From a virus: a stretch of 64,000 nt of DNA. The stretch covers positions 1 to 64,000 of IMG/VR virus record IMGVR_UViG_3300031965_000007, one strand, 5' to 3'. The notes below the pieces were generated by a model. It was not told where the DNA came from, did no database searches, and saw only the letters and a program-made list of their open reading frames with translations. Position numbers and translations under genes: made by a program. This document shows positions 1 through 8,604 of this stretch, piece after piece (position 1 is the first letter of the stretch; each line of letters opens with the position of its first letter).

Positions 1-131
1 TGGTGCCAGTCTAGGTAGGCTTTGCAGTAGGCCGCAGACGATGACTCGAAGCACATGTCGCGGCGGTTGTAGCCGTCAGTGAAGCCGTCGAAGTAGGCTT
101 TGCGGAACACGCCGATGTCGATCAAGGTCAT
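1..131 (-). CDS. hypothetical protein, runs off the window edge
   Basis: ATG at 131 overlaps the stop of 128..496 (ATGA coupling); frame open to the edge (MTLIDIGVFRKAYFDG...). Confidence 0.5.
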   Translation of the reverse strand, partial: MTLIDIGVFRKAYFDGFTDGYNRRDMCFESSSAAYCKAYLDWH

Positions 132-496
132 GACTTTCGCCCTTCAGGTTTGCGCTTAGAGACGATGCCTCGTTGTCTTGCAGCCGAAGCGTACGACGTT
201 GCTTCAACGCCTGATCCTGGGTAAACCTCGAAGTTAGACCAGTCGCCTGTGCGCAGCTCGTGAAGCTCGTACTTGTTAGGGTCGCGCGCGATCCAGTGCG
301 GAGCATCGGTTGCTTCGGTTGTCACCCAGATGAACGTGCTGCTGAGCGCGTTGACGAAGCGCCACATCGTGACCTCTTCGATCACAACGCATTCGACAGC
401 GACTAGGTCGCTGTCGTCGTAGCCGTTGCCTTGTGCGTCGACTTTCGCTTTCACGAAGTCGATTGCTGCGGCGAGGCTCTGCAGCTGAAAATGCAT
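128..496 (-). CDS. hypothetical protein (probably early)
   Basis: 122 aa ORF with AAGGAG RBS upstream of ATG, directly downstream of a hammerhead. Confidence 0.75.
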   Translation of the reverse strand: MHFQLQSLAAAIDFVKAKVDAQGNGYDDSDLVAVECVVIEEVTMWRFVNALSSTFIWVTTEATDAPHWIARDPNKYELHELRTGDWSNFEVYPGSGVEATSYASAARQRGIVSKRKPEGRKS

Positions 497-513
497 GTTG
501 GTTCTCCTTTTGT

Positions 514-583
514 GGTCTCGTCAGTGCGAGCATCCGCTCGCATACGCGCAAAGGCGCTGTCGCGCCGCGTGCACGTTTCGACC
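514..583 (-). ncRNA. type II hammerhead ribozyme (HHR-1)
   Basis: Minus strand: GGUC-GAA-ACGUGCA..(GGCGC GACA GCGCC)..UGCGCGU-A^-UGCGAGC GGAU GCUCGCA-CUGACGA-GACC. Intact CUGAnGA and GAAA core, stems I/II/III pair, GUA cleavage triplet (cut between 543 and 542). Confidence 0.9.
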
Positions 584-597
584 TGCGGTGTCTACGA

Positions 598-1176
598 TCA
601 CTCTGCGCTGCGAAGGTGCGCGACAGGCAGGAACAGCTTCGCCTTGCTCGGCGTCATCACTGCGCACTTGCTGCCGACCTGCTTGATGACGCGCAGCTCG
701 TCCAGCTCGTCTGCTTCGAGCAGCCCGACGTACGCCTCGCGGCGCTTCTCTGTGATCTGCACGATGTTGCCAGGATCGAACGTCTTGTTGAAGCCGCCGC
801 TTGCTGCGCGCGTTCGCTTCCAGTCGTCGTCCAGCGTCGGAACTTGCTCCGACAGCTTGCCGAGTACGTCTGCCAGCGCTTGCGTCTCGTCCTCGAAGGT
901 GTCGCCGAGGTCGCGCTGGATGCGCGCCGACGCCTTGATCAGCCGAAGCACGCGCACAGTGAGCATCGCTTTGTCGGAGCGCTTCTCGCGCTTGCCGTTT
1001 TCGCTATCGTCGTCGTCATCGTCGTCTGCGTCATCATCGATCTCCACCTCGCGCGCTTCCTCGCGGCCTTTCTTGCTGCGGGCTGCGCGATCTTCCGTTG
1101 CAGTCGGAAGCGCAGGCGAGCGAGCTGGCTTGGCTTTGGGAGCAGTGGTGCGCGCGGTGTTGGTCGTCTTTGCCAT
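598..1176 (-). CDS. hypothetical protein with basic N-terminus and acidic tract
   Basis: 192 aa ORF, AAGGAG RBS, lies between two hammerheads. Confidence 0.8.
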   Translation of the reverse strand: MAKTTNTARTTAPKAKPARSPALPTATEDRAARSKKGREEAREVEIDDDADDDDDDDSENGKREKRSDKAMLTVRVLRLIKASARIQRDLGDTFEDETQALADVLGKLSEQVPTLDDDWKRTRAASGGFNKTFDPGNIVQITEKRREAYVGLLEADELDELRVIKQVGSKCAVMTPSKAKLFLPVAHLRSAE

Positions 1177-1196
1177 TGTGGTATCTCCTTTTTGTG

Positions 1197-1249
1197 GAAC
1201 TCGTCAGTGCGCGCATTGCACGCGCAGACGCCGTGAAGGCGTTTCGTTC
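1197..1249 (-). ncRNA. type II hammerhead ribozyme (HHR-2)
   Basis: Minus strand: GAAC-GAA-ACGCC UUCAC GGCGU-C^-UGCGCG UGCAAUG CGCGCA-CUGACGA-GUUC. Intact core, GUC triplet (cut between 1227 and 1226); stem II can extend by AUCUCC/GGAGAU over the RBS. Confidence 0.9.
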
Positions 1250-1462
1250 TTGGAGATCCGTTATCCGTATTCAGTTGTCAGTGATCGCCCGACTGAGCGG
1301 TGGAACGCTTCGCAGCGTGCCGGCGGAGTGACGCGTCTCCCGACGCTTCGTGTGCCGCCTTCTCTCAGAGACCCTGCCCCGAGAACAACAGTGTACGCGA
1401 TCGCAAAGCACTTTGCGCACTTTTCGCACGTTTTTTTGATCGCCGTGCTGCGCACGGGGGGC

Positions 1463-1645
1463 TACGTGCGCGCACGTAAGGGGCGCGTAAAACGAACGCG
1501 TACGCGCGTACGTGCGCGCGCGTAGCCCAGCAGCCCCGAGCTTTGCAGCGCGCTACGCAGGGGCGCGCAGGGGCTGTAGCGGGGGCGCTAGGGGCACCTG
1601 TGCAAAAAAGCTACGCGAAAAACGTGACAGCGCGCGGATCCGCGC
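1463..1645. repeat. palindromes and alternating purine-pyrimidine tract in the divergent intergenic region
   Basis: Perfect palindromes TACGTGCGCGCACGTA (1463-1478), CGTACGCGCGTACG (1499-1512), GCGCGGATCCGCGC (1632-1645); 29-nt RY tract 1496-1524. Confidence 0.8.
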
Positions 1646-1680
1646 AGTAGTGTAGCGTTTCTGTACTGTATGTGCGCTAC

Positions 1681-1709
1681 TTGACAAGCGTGCTTACCCG
1701 TGCTACTTG
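1681..1709 (+). promoter_or_regulatory. putative sigma70-type rightward promoter
   Basis: TTGACA, 17-nt spacer ending in TGC, then an imperfect -10 (TACTTG), upstream of the first rightward gene. Confidence 0.45.
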
Positions 1710-1749
1710 CGCTTACCCTTGTCTAATCCGCGCTTACACGCGGAAAACA

Positions 1750-1775
1750 GGGGCAGATCTGAGGGGCAGATCTGA
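1750..1775 (+). repeat. 13-bp tandem direct repeat GGGGCAGATCTGA x2
   Basis: Exact copies at 1750-1762 and 1763-1775, immediately before the RBS of 1792. Confidence 0.85.
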
Positions 1776-1791
1776 AAGAGGAGGGGCAACC

Positions 1792-2643
1792 ATGGCTGTG
1801 AATCCCAGACTTGTGGCCGTTTCAGAGATGACGAAATCCGCGGGGCTAATCACTTGGTGGAGACTATCGGGATCTGTTTCGCTGGAAACACTCGCCAATC
1901 GTTGGCAGGGAGATCAGAAGCTCCTTCCAAACCCAGTTTCAGACTCCGTTGCGCTCCATCGCGCGATGCGTCACTACGAAGCGCGGGACGTGTTTCTCGA
2001 CAAGATGCCGCGCATGACCGGCTACGCGGTCGTCCACGTGCGGCACAGCAAGCCTGGGCCTCTTGGTGTGCCTCAGGATCCTGTCTACGAGACGCGCTTG
2101 AAGGTGTGGATCGACAAGCAAGAGCAGCTACAGTGTACCGACCTGTCGGAGCTGAAGCCGCTTTACGCTCGGTACCAGGAGTGCGCGCAGCGACTCGAGG
2201 CGGTTGAGCTATCCACATGGCTGATCAAGATGGCAGACCATTACAAGTCTGTGCGGCTACGAGACGGCGGCGGCATCTACTTCGTGCCCGAGACCCACGT
2301 TGATGCGTGGCGGCACGTGGCGCAGCTGATCGAACACGCGTCTCAGAGCACGATCTATGAGGTGCCTGCTGTTCGCAGCGAGAAGGCTGTAGAAGCGATT
2401 CTTGCGGCCGTTGTTTCGGAAGCGACGTCGCAAGTGGAGTCGATCTCTAAAATGCTCGGCGACTCAGATGAGTCTCCTCTCGGCCGTCGTGCGTTGATCT
2501 CACGACAGAAGGCGTGCTCCGACATCCTGAGCAAGGTGGCTCACTACGAAAGTCTGCTAGGCACCCGCCTTACGGACCTGCGCGGTATGATCAAGGCACT
2601 CGAGGGGCGGCTAGTTGAAGCGTTACTGGTACAGGACGCATGA
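1792..2643 (+). CDS. conserved phage protein (DUF6744-like)
   Basis: GxITWW N-terminus and LRDGGGIYFVP motif; GAGG RBS before ATG 1792. Confidence 0.55.
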   Translation: MAVNPRLVAVSEMTKSAGLITWWRLSGSVSLETLANRWQGDQKLLPNPVSDSVALHRAMRHYEARDVFLDKMPRMTGYAVVHVRHSKPGPLGVPQDPVYETRLKVWIDKQEQLQCTDLSELKPLYARYQECAQRLEAVELSTWLIKMADHYKSVRLRDGGGIYFVPETHVDAWRHVAQLIEHASQSTIYEVPAVRSEKAVEAILAAVVSEATSQVESISKMLGDSDESPLGRRALISRQKACSDILSKVAHYESLLGTRLTDLRGMIKALEGRLVEALLVQDA

Positions 2644-3233
2644 AGTCGTCTCGCCTTACCCTGATTAGCTTGAACGCCAAGACAGTCGCTAGGCGGTATC
2701 GGCGGCGTGTGTGGTGGGTAAGCGTAGAAGACCTCGAGCAAGAAGCTCTCGCAGCGCAACTGGCAGCGGAGCGCACATTCGATCTAAGCAAGGGGGAGTT
2801 TGGCGGCTACGCGTGGCGCGCAGCGGTGCTGGCGTGCCATAGGTACGTCTTGTCGCAATCGGCGCCTGTGAGCGGTCGTCACGACCCTTCGGTCCTGAAA
2901 GGCTTGTACCGCGAGGAGTTTGCGAGCGAGTCTAACGACGCGGATCAGCGAAAGCGTTACGCCGTGGTACCAGGGCAAGGTAACGAGGACCTATCGCTCG
3001 AGGAGGCTATCGATCGTGCCAGGCTGGCTGTGCGCGTTCGTAGGCGGTTGAGGCAGGTGCTCGGGAAGCAAGGCGAGAAGTTCGCGCTCGGCATGCTGAC
3101 GCGCGAGTTCACGCCGCGCGAAGTAGCCCGTGATCATTCGGTAGAGGTGCAGCGCGTTTACAGTGCTGTGCGATCGATCCGTGATAAGGTCTCAGCCGAC
3201 CAAGTCCTATACGACCTGTGGAGAGAACTGTGA
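2640..3233 (+). CDS. sigma70/ECF-like RNA polymerase sigma factor
   Basis: Region-2-like EDLEQEA...FDLSKGEFGGYAWR and C-terminal HTH (TPREVARDHSVEVQRV). Confidence 0.7.
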   Translation: MKSSRLTLISLNAKTVARRYRRRVWWVSVEDLEQEALAAQLAAERTFDLSKGEFGGYAWRAAVLACHRYVLSQSAPVSGRHDPSVLKGLYREEFASESNDADQRKRYAVVPGQGNEDLSLEEAIDRARLAVRVRRRLRQVLGKQGEKFALGMLTREFTPREVARDHSVEVQRVYSAVRSIRDKVSADQVLYDLWREL

Positions 3234-3961
3234 TGGCATCGAAGAAGCAAAAGGCTGCAGTGAAGAGAGCCCCTAGCGATCCAAAGCCTGCTGCACCAGA
3301 CGGCGAGATGATCACTGTCAGTATGGACGACATCGTCCCGACGTTCACGAAGGACACCAATCCGAACAGGATGAGCGATCAGGAGTTCGGGTCGCTTGTT
3401 CTCTTCATGAAGGAAGAAGGCGCGATCCAAACTGTCCTCGTCACACGCAGCAAGAAGAAAGGCAAGTATGACCTGATCGACGGGCACCACCGGTTCTGGG
3501 CTGCGCAGCAGATTGGTCGCAAGTCCTTGCCTGCGATCGTCAGCGAGGCGTCGATCAACAAAGCGAAAGCGATCGGTATCGGCTTGAATCGTATTCGCGG
3601 AGAGCTGGACTTGTCGGTGTCTGGCGATGTGATGATCAGCATCATGGAAGCCACGAAGTGGACGTCTGACCAGCTCTCCCTACTCACAGGCTTCTCGTCG
3701 GATGAGATCGAAGCCCTGACTGAGAGAGCCATCCACGACTCGGACGAAGTGCTCGAGGAAGTCTCGTTGAACCCGGTTGACGACGACGATCCTGCAGAAA
3801 CGAACACCAAGCCATATGTCCTAGAGATCACGTTCGCAGACAAAGCGACGTACCAGCTCTGCAGAAAGAAGCTTAGGAAGGCGGCAGGACCTGGCCGAGA
3901 CCTGGCAAAGGGTCTTCTGACTGTTCTGGGAGAGGATGCCGATGGGCAAGAAATCAGTTGA
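3233..3961 (+). CDS. ParB/Srx-like nuclease domain protein
   Basis: NPNRM...YDLIDGHHRFWAA...LNRIRG. Confidence 0.85.
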   Translation: MASKKQKAAVKRAPSDPKPAAPDGEMITVSMDDIVPTFTKDTNPNRMSDQEFGSLVLFMKEEGAIQTVLVTRSKKKGKYDLIDGHHRFWAAQQIGRKSLPAIVSEASINKAKAIGIGLNRIRGELDLSVSGDVMISIMEATKWTSDQLSLLTGFSSDEIEALTERAIHDSDEVLEEVSLNPVDDDDPAETNTKPYVLEITFADKATYQLCRKKLRKAAGPGRDLAKGLLTVLGEDADGQEIS

Positions 3962-4232
3962 CACCGATCGCGGCACAGATCAAGTTGCGGTGATGAAAGC
4001 CAACGGCTACCTACCTGCCGCTGAGGTAGCCAAGCGGCTAGGAGTGTCGCGGCAGACACTGGCCAGGTGGGCTGAGGATGGGGCGATCGATGCCGAACTG
4101 GTTGCTCACCGTCGATACATCAACGTGAGGTCCTTGGTCGATCACATCGGGGCTAAGCAAGCCCGGCTGTTCGGTTTTCTGAAGAAGAAGGCAGAGGGAG
4201 AAGCACATGTCGAAGACAGTCAAGATCAGTAA
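3942..4232 (+). CDS. HTH DNA-binding protein (MerR/Xis-like)
   Basis: AEVAKRLGVSRQTLARWAEDG. Confidence 0.8.
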   Translation: MGKKSVDTDRGTDQVAVMKANGYLPAAEVAKRLGVSRQTLARWAEDGAIDAELVAHRRYINVRSLVDHIGAKQARLFGFLKKKAEGEAHVEDSQDQ

Positions 4233-4599
4233 GGACTCGAAAGAAGCACTCGCCGAGATCGCGGCCCTCAAAGGCGTCTCGTACGATGAAGCAGCAGACT
4301 TCTTGATCGGTGTGGCCGCGTCGCGTCGCCGCGCGCTTGCCAAGTACCAGGAGTCGAAGGCTGGCACAGCACCAGCCAAGCCCAAGAAGAAAGCTGCCAA
4401 GGCCGAGGCAGTTCCCAAGACCAAGAAGAAGGCCAAGAAAGCAAAGACGGAGAAGACGGCCAAGGCCGACGCGTCCTCGAAGAAGTCGAAGAAGGTCACA
4501 ACGACCGAGAAGAAGTCGAAGAAGCCGCCGACCGAGAAGAAGCCGAAGAAGCAAGCAGCGGCTGCGGAAGGTGGCGACGAGGAAATCGTACTGGGCTGA
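4207..4599 (+). CDS. lysine/alanine-rich histone H1-like protein
   Basis: Long K/A/P-rich low-complexity tail; GGAG RBS. Confidence 0.6.
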   Translation: MSKTVKISKDSKEALAEIAALKGVSYDEAADFLIGVAASRRRALAKYQESKAGTAPAKPKKKAAKAEAVPKTKKKAKKAKTEKTAKADASSKKSKKVTTTEKKSKKPPTEKKPKKQAAAAEGGDEEIVLG

Positions 4600-4606
4600 G
4601 GAACTT

Positions 4607-6052
4607 GTGCTGATCGCTGTCGAAAACCTGCGCGCGAAACTTCTTGAGGCGAGTGAAGCAGACGAGAAGTGGCTCGACAAGATCTTGTCGTTCAAGACGA
4701 AGAGCTACCTCGCGAACAGGTATGGCGACGGGCGTGTCAGGCTACTCGATTCTCGATCGAAGTCGTTTCCTGCAGGGCTCGTTGGCGCGGTGCGCAAGCG
4801 GGCCAAGAAGGACGGCAAGCGCGTCGAGTTGGTAGATCGCAGGGTTGCACCTACGCCTTCAGATCCAACGGCGCTGGTAGACTGGCTACGTGATCACCAG
4901 CTTGGCGCGCTTGCCGCGGCCAAGAAGTTCAATCGCGGCGTGTTTCACCACGTCACAGGATCAGGCAAGACCGAGATCATGGTCGGTCTCACCGAGTTGT
5001 ATCCCACACGGTGGCTCATCCTCGTACACGCAAAGGACTTGCTGCATCAAACGGCTGAGCGCTTTCGCAAGCGCACTGGCGAGCGCGTTGGCATTGTCGG
5101 CGACGGCCAGATGCAACTCGGCAAGCGCATCACAGTCGCGATGTTCCAGTCGGTGCATTCCGGGCTCACCGGCCAGCACAAGGCAGCGATGCGGGCCTTC
5201 CTGGATGCGCAGAAAGGCGTCTTGGTCGACGAATGCCACGTCGTGCCGGCTGCAACGTATTGGCAGGTCATGATGGCGCTGCCGAACGCCTACTTCAGGT
5301 ACGGGTTCTCAGGGACGCCGTTCGCACGCGGCGATCAGAAGAGCCTCTACGTAGTTGCTACGCTCGGACCCGCCATTCACCGGGTGTCGGCAGAAGAGCT
5401 GGTAAGCAAAGGGCTTTTGGCGAAGCCGAAGATTCGCCTCGTGCCAGTGAAGCACGACGTTGACCCAAGCTCAAAGACATGGGACCAGGTCTACAAGTCG
5501 CACATCGTTCGCAGTCGTCGTCGGAATAAGGCGATCATTTCTGCAGCTCAGATCGCCAAGAAGCCGTGCCTCCTGTTCGTAAAGGCGCTCGAGCACGGGC
5601 GATACCTGGAGAAGGAGATCAGGGCTCAAGGGATCGACGTCGAGTTCATCTGGGGCAAGCATGTGACACCAGAACGTCGTGCGGCGCTGCGTCGCTTGGT
5701 GCACGGAGACATTGACGTTCTGATTTGTAACGTTATCTTTCAGCAAGGGATCGACATCCCAGAGCTTCAGTCAGTCATCATCGGGTCTGGCGGCAAATCA
5801 GAGATCATGGTCTTGCAGGACACTGGTCGAGGCATGCGACGTCACGACGCGTCAGGCGCAGTGATGAAAGACGAGTTCGAAGTCTTCGACATACAAGATC
5901 GTGGTTGTGGGTGTGCGGGCAGGCACAACTCGTGCAGATGGCTCGAGAAGCATACAAAAGATCGCTTGCGCGCCTATGCCACTGAGCAGTATCCTGTGTT
6001 CGTTACGAATCTGGGCTTGGGAGGAGCGAGAAAGAGGAAGGTGCCGTCATGA
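4607..6052 (+). CDS. SF2 DExH helicase (UvsW-like)
   Basis: TGSGKT, DECH, SGT, QDTGRGMR motifs; start GTG 4607 inferred. Confidence 0.9.
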   Translation: MLIAVENLRAKLLEASEADEKWLDKILSFKTKSYLANRYGDGRVRLLDSRSKSFPAGLVGAVRKRAKKDGKRVELVDRRVAPTPSDPTALVDWLRDHQLGALAAAKKFNRGVFHHVTGSGKTEIMVGLTELYPTRWLILVHAKDLLHQTAERFRKRTGERVGIVGDGQMQLGKRITVAMFQSVHSGLTGQHKAAMRAFLDAQKGVLVDECHVVPAATYWQVMMALPNAYFRYGFSGTPFARGDQKSLYVVATLGPAIHRVSAEELVSKGLLAKPKIRLVPVKHDVDPSSKTWDQVYKSHIVRSRRRNKAIISAAQIAKKPCLLFVKALEHGRYLEKEIRAQGIDVEFIWGKHVTPERRAALRRLVHGDIDVLICNVIFQQGIDIPELQSVIIGSGGKSEIMVLQDTGRGMRRHDASGAVMKDEFEVFDIQDRGCGCAGRHNSCRWLEKHTKDRLRAYATEQYPVFVTNLGLGGARKRKVPS

Positions 6053-6231
6053 TGACTGATCGAGAGCTACAGAGGATCGAGCGAGAGTTGTGCGAACGCG
6101 TCGGCAACGGCATGGATGTCGTAGCGACTGCCGACTTCGCAACACGCGCCTTGACTCGCATGCTCGCCGAGGTGCGCCGCCTCCATTCGGAAAATGCTCA
6201 GCTTCAAGCGAAAACACGCCTAGTCGCATAA
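6049..6231 (+). CDS. hypothetical protein
   Basis: ATGA overlap with helicase stop; AAGG RBS. Confidence 0.55.
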   Translation: MMTDRELQRIERELCERVGNGMDVVATADFATRALTRMLAEVRRLHSENAQLQAKTRLVA

Positions 6232-6351
6232 GTCCCATATCCCAGAGGGAGGACTTATGCTGCGACAGGTTGATCCTAGTCTCGTACGTGCACACCATGC
6301 GGGCACACGCTCTCGGCTGTTACCTCCTTTTTCAGCCGATGCTTCGCTTGG

Positions 6352-7101
6352 GTGTGTACCTACGAGGCTAGAATCGTGACGGCCGGCCTACGCGGCGGCG
6401 CGCAGGACGGTTGGACAGGTGTGGTGGTACGGTTTGGTGACATCCTGCCTCCGTACCCAGACGCATCGACGATCAAGCCACCGCGCATACCAGCACCGCC
6501 GCTGCTCCAAGGGGATACCGAGGATCAGCTGGCAGTTACTCTCTTGCGTGCGTACAAAGCGACCGCGCTGGTCTACTACGGCAGGTACCGCGGAAAGCAC
6601 CACTCGCGCCTGCGTACGCGAGATCTGCAAGCTGAAGTGCGTGCGCTCCGCGCCTTGCGCTCGTCGTCGGTCTTCTACTGCGGCAAAGAGGTGCGGCCGC
6701 ACATCTGGTGCAAGGTAGCCTTCACGACGTGGAAGCTCTACGGCCCGCGTCGCTTTCGCACGACCACGCCACCGATCGCATGGGTCTTCCACAAGGATCG
6801 GTACGAGAAGCTTGAGTGGCTGTACGTGGACGCCGACGAGCAGGCACGCGGAACACGCGTTGCGCTGACGCGTACGCACATTTATTTGATCCGTAGGTAT
6901 GAAAGGCTGAAGGTGGAGCTGATCGCTGCTTCACGGTTGCTGGGGGTGAAGCTGCGGCAAGGGCACGTAGAGAACGTAGTCGACGAGGTACTTCCGCGTC
7001 GTGTATACCGCAAGCTCGTCGCGCGCGCTCGCGAGGAGTCGGAGCAGCGACAGATGGTTATCAACGACGCCTACGAGCAAGGCGATTTTCTGTGGGCATG
7101 A
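6352..7101 (+). CDS. hypothetical protein
   Basis: 249 aa ORF filling the gap before the DnaB-like gene; start uncertain. Confidence 0.6.
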   Translation: MCTYEARIVTAGLRGGAQDGWTGVVVRFGDILPPYPDASTIKPPRIPAPPLLQGDTEDQLAVTLLRAYKATALVYYGRYRGKHHSRLRTRDLQAEVRALRALRSSSVFYCGKEVRPHIWCKVAFTTWKLYGPRRFRTTTPPIAWVFHKDRYEKLEWLYVDADEQARGTRVALTRTHIYLIRRYERLKVELIAASRLLGVKLRQGHVENVVDEVLPRRVYRKLVARAREESEQRQMVINDAYEQGDFLWA

Positions 7102-7114
7102 AAAGGGGGATGGC

Positions 7115-8401
7115 GTGGCCGGAAAGGAGGTCTCGTATGGACTTGACCCTTCGTTTGAGAGATCAGTGGCGAAGCTTTGCGCTTCGTCACCAAAGTTTTT
7201 TGGCTCTGTTGGGCACGAGATCGACCCAGAGTCGATAGTCGACGACGCAGCGCGCTTGGTGATCAAGACTGCGCGAGTCATCTACAAGGCAAATGGGCGC
7301 GGCCCAGCTCACGAGACTGTCTTGCTACAGCGCCTTCGCAGACTGAACAGCGAGGGATCGGTAACCAAGAAGCAGATCAACAGCGTACTAGACCTGTTGA
7401 TTGACGCAAACGACCTGTCTGTGATCGACGTGAAGGACGAGCTGGTTCCTGTGATCAGGCGTCGACTCGAATCAGAGGTTGTGAAGCAGGTTGTCGACTC
7501 GTACAGCGCGCGGAAAGGTTTGAGCAAGGTTGCAGAGAAGATCGCACGTGTTGAGCGTGTAGGGCTGGTCGATTCATCAGTAGGCCTTCGACTCGGCAAA
7601 GAGAGTTTTGTGGAAATCGACCGTGTGCGGCGCGTGCACAAGATGCCGCTCGGCATACCTGAGCTGGACGCGGTACTTCGTGGAGGTCCACCTCGCGGCA
7701 CCATGACACTCTTCATCGCTGGCCAGGGTGGCGGCAAGTCCATGATGAAGAGTCATACGATCTCTCACAACCTGCGCTTTGGCATGTTCTGGTGCTACGC
7801 GTCGCTCGAGCTACCTGTAGTGGAGGTCATGGCACGTACGAAGGCTAACCTAACAGGCGTGCCCACGAACGTGATCGCTTCTGGCGACTTCAAAGCAGCC
7901 CGACAGGAGCTAACTCGGTTACACCCGACGCTGGGCACGTTGCTCGTTCAGCACTTTTCGCCGAAGCACACCACGTTCGCTGACATCGCGGCTTGGGTAG
8001 CTGACTGCGAGTCTGCCGAGGGCTACCCAGTCGACGGGCTTGCGATCGACTACATCGACAAGCTCGGTAGCCGCAACTCGAAAGACAACGAGTACATCGT
8101 GCAGGGTGCGCAAGCAGAGGAGTTTCGTATCTGGTGCGAAGACGGTGGCAAGTGGGGGCTCAGCGGATCTCAGGCAACCATGAAGAACAAGGATCCGCGG
8201 CGTAAGATCGGACTTGGTGATGTTCGCGACAGCTCGCGAAAGGTCGACGTCGCCGACTTAGTGATCACGCTCAACAAGAATGCCGAGGGTGACATGATCG
8301 AATACTTCGTGGGCAAGAACAGGTACGGCCCTGCGGACGTATCTGTAGGGCCCCTGCCACACGATTGGGATCACGGTAGAATGGTGATCATCGACGACTA
8401 G
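7115..8401 (+). CDS. DnaB-like replicative helicase
   Basis: Walker A GQGGGKS, SLE motif, Walker B AIDYID, C-terminal KNRYG. Confidence 0.9.
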   Translation: MAGKEVSYGLDPSFERSVAKLCASSPKFFGSVGHEIDPESIVDDAARLVIKTARVIYKANGRGPAHETVLLQRLRRLNSEGSVTKKQINSVLDLLIDANDLSVIDVKDELVPVIRRRLESEVVKQVVDSYSARKGLSKVAEKIARVERVGLVDSSVGLRLGKESFVEIDRVRRVHKMPLGIPELDAVLRGGPPRGTMTLFIAGQGGGKSMMKSHTISHNLRFGMFWCYASLELPVVEVMARTKANLTGVPTNVIASGDFKAARQELTRLHPTLGTLLVQHFSPKHTTFADIAAWVADCESAEGYPVDGLAIDYIDKLGSRNSKDNEYIVQGAQAEEFRIWCEDGGKWGLSGSQATMKNKDPRRKIGLGDVRDSSRKVDVADLVITLNKNAEGDMIEYFVGKNRYGPADVSVGPLPHDWDHGRMVIIDD

Positions 8402-8412
8402 GTGAGGACAAG

Positions 8413-8604
8413 ATGAGTCAGCTAGAGATGCTTGCGTATACAGATCGCAACGGCAACAAGAAGATCGCGGTCAGGCTACCTAGCAAGAGGACCTTGATCT
8501 TTGCAGACCAGGTCGTGTTCGACGTGACGACTGCGTCTGTGACAGACAACGGAAGCGTCGAGAGCGCTCTCAAAGAAATGGCAGATGCTCTCGGCCAAGA
8601 GTGA
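8413..8604 (+). CDS. hypothetical protein
   Basis: GAGG RBS, sits between helicase and primase. Confidence 0.55.
   Translation: MSQLEMLAYTDRNGNKKIAVRLPSKRTLIFADQVVFDVTTASVTDNGSVESALKEMADALGQE

Noticed and set aside
431-1525. 364-aa and 267-aa plus-strand ORFs
   Set aside because: Ser/Arg-rich antisense shadows of minus-strand genes that have clear RBSs and ribozyme leaders
3942-4232. Excisionase implying a temperate lifestyle
   Set aside because: Generic HTH only; no integrase, repressor or att site visible in the window
4310-4606. Arg-rich N-terminal extension of the helicase
   Set aside because: Overlaps the K-rich gene in another frame; real start is more likely GTG 4607
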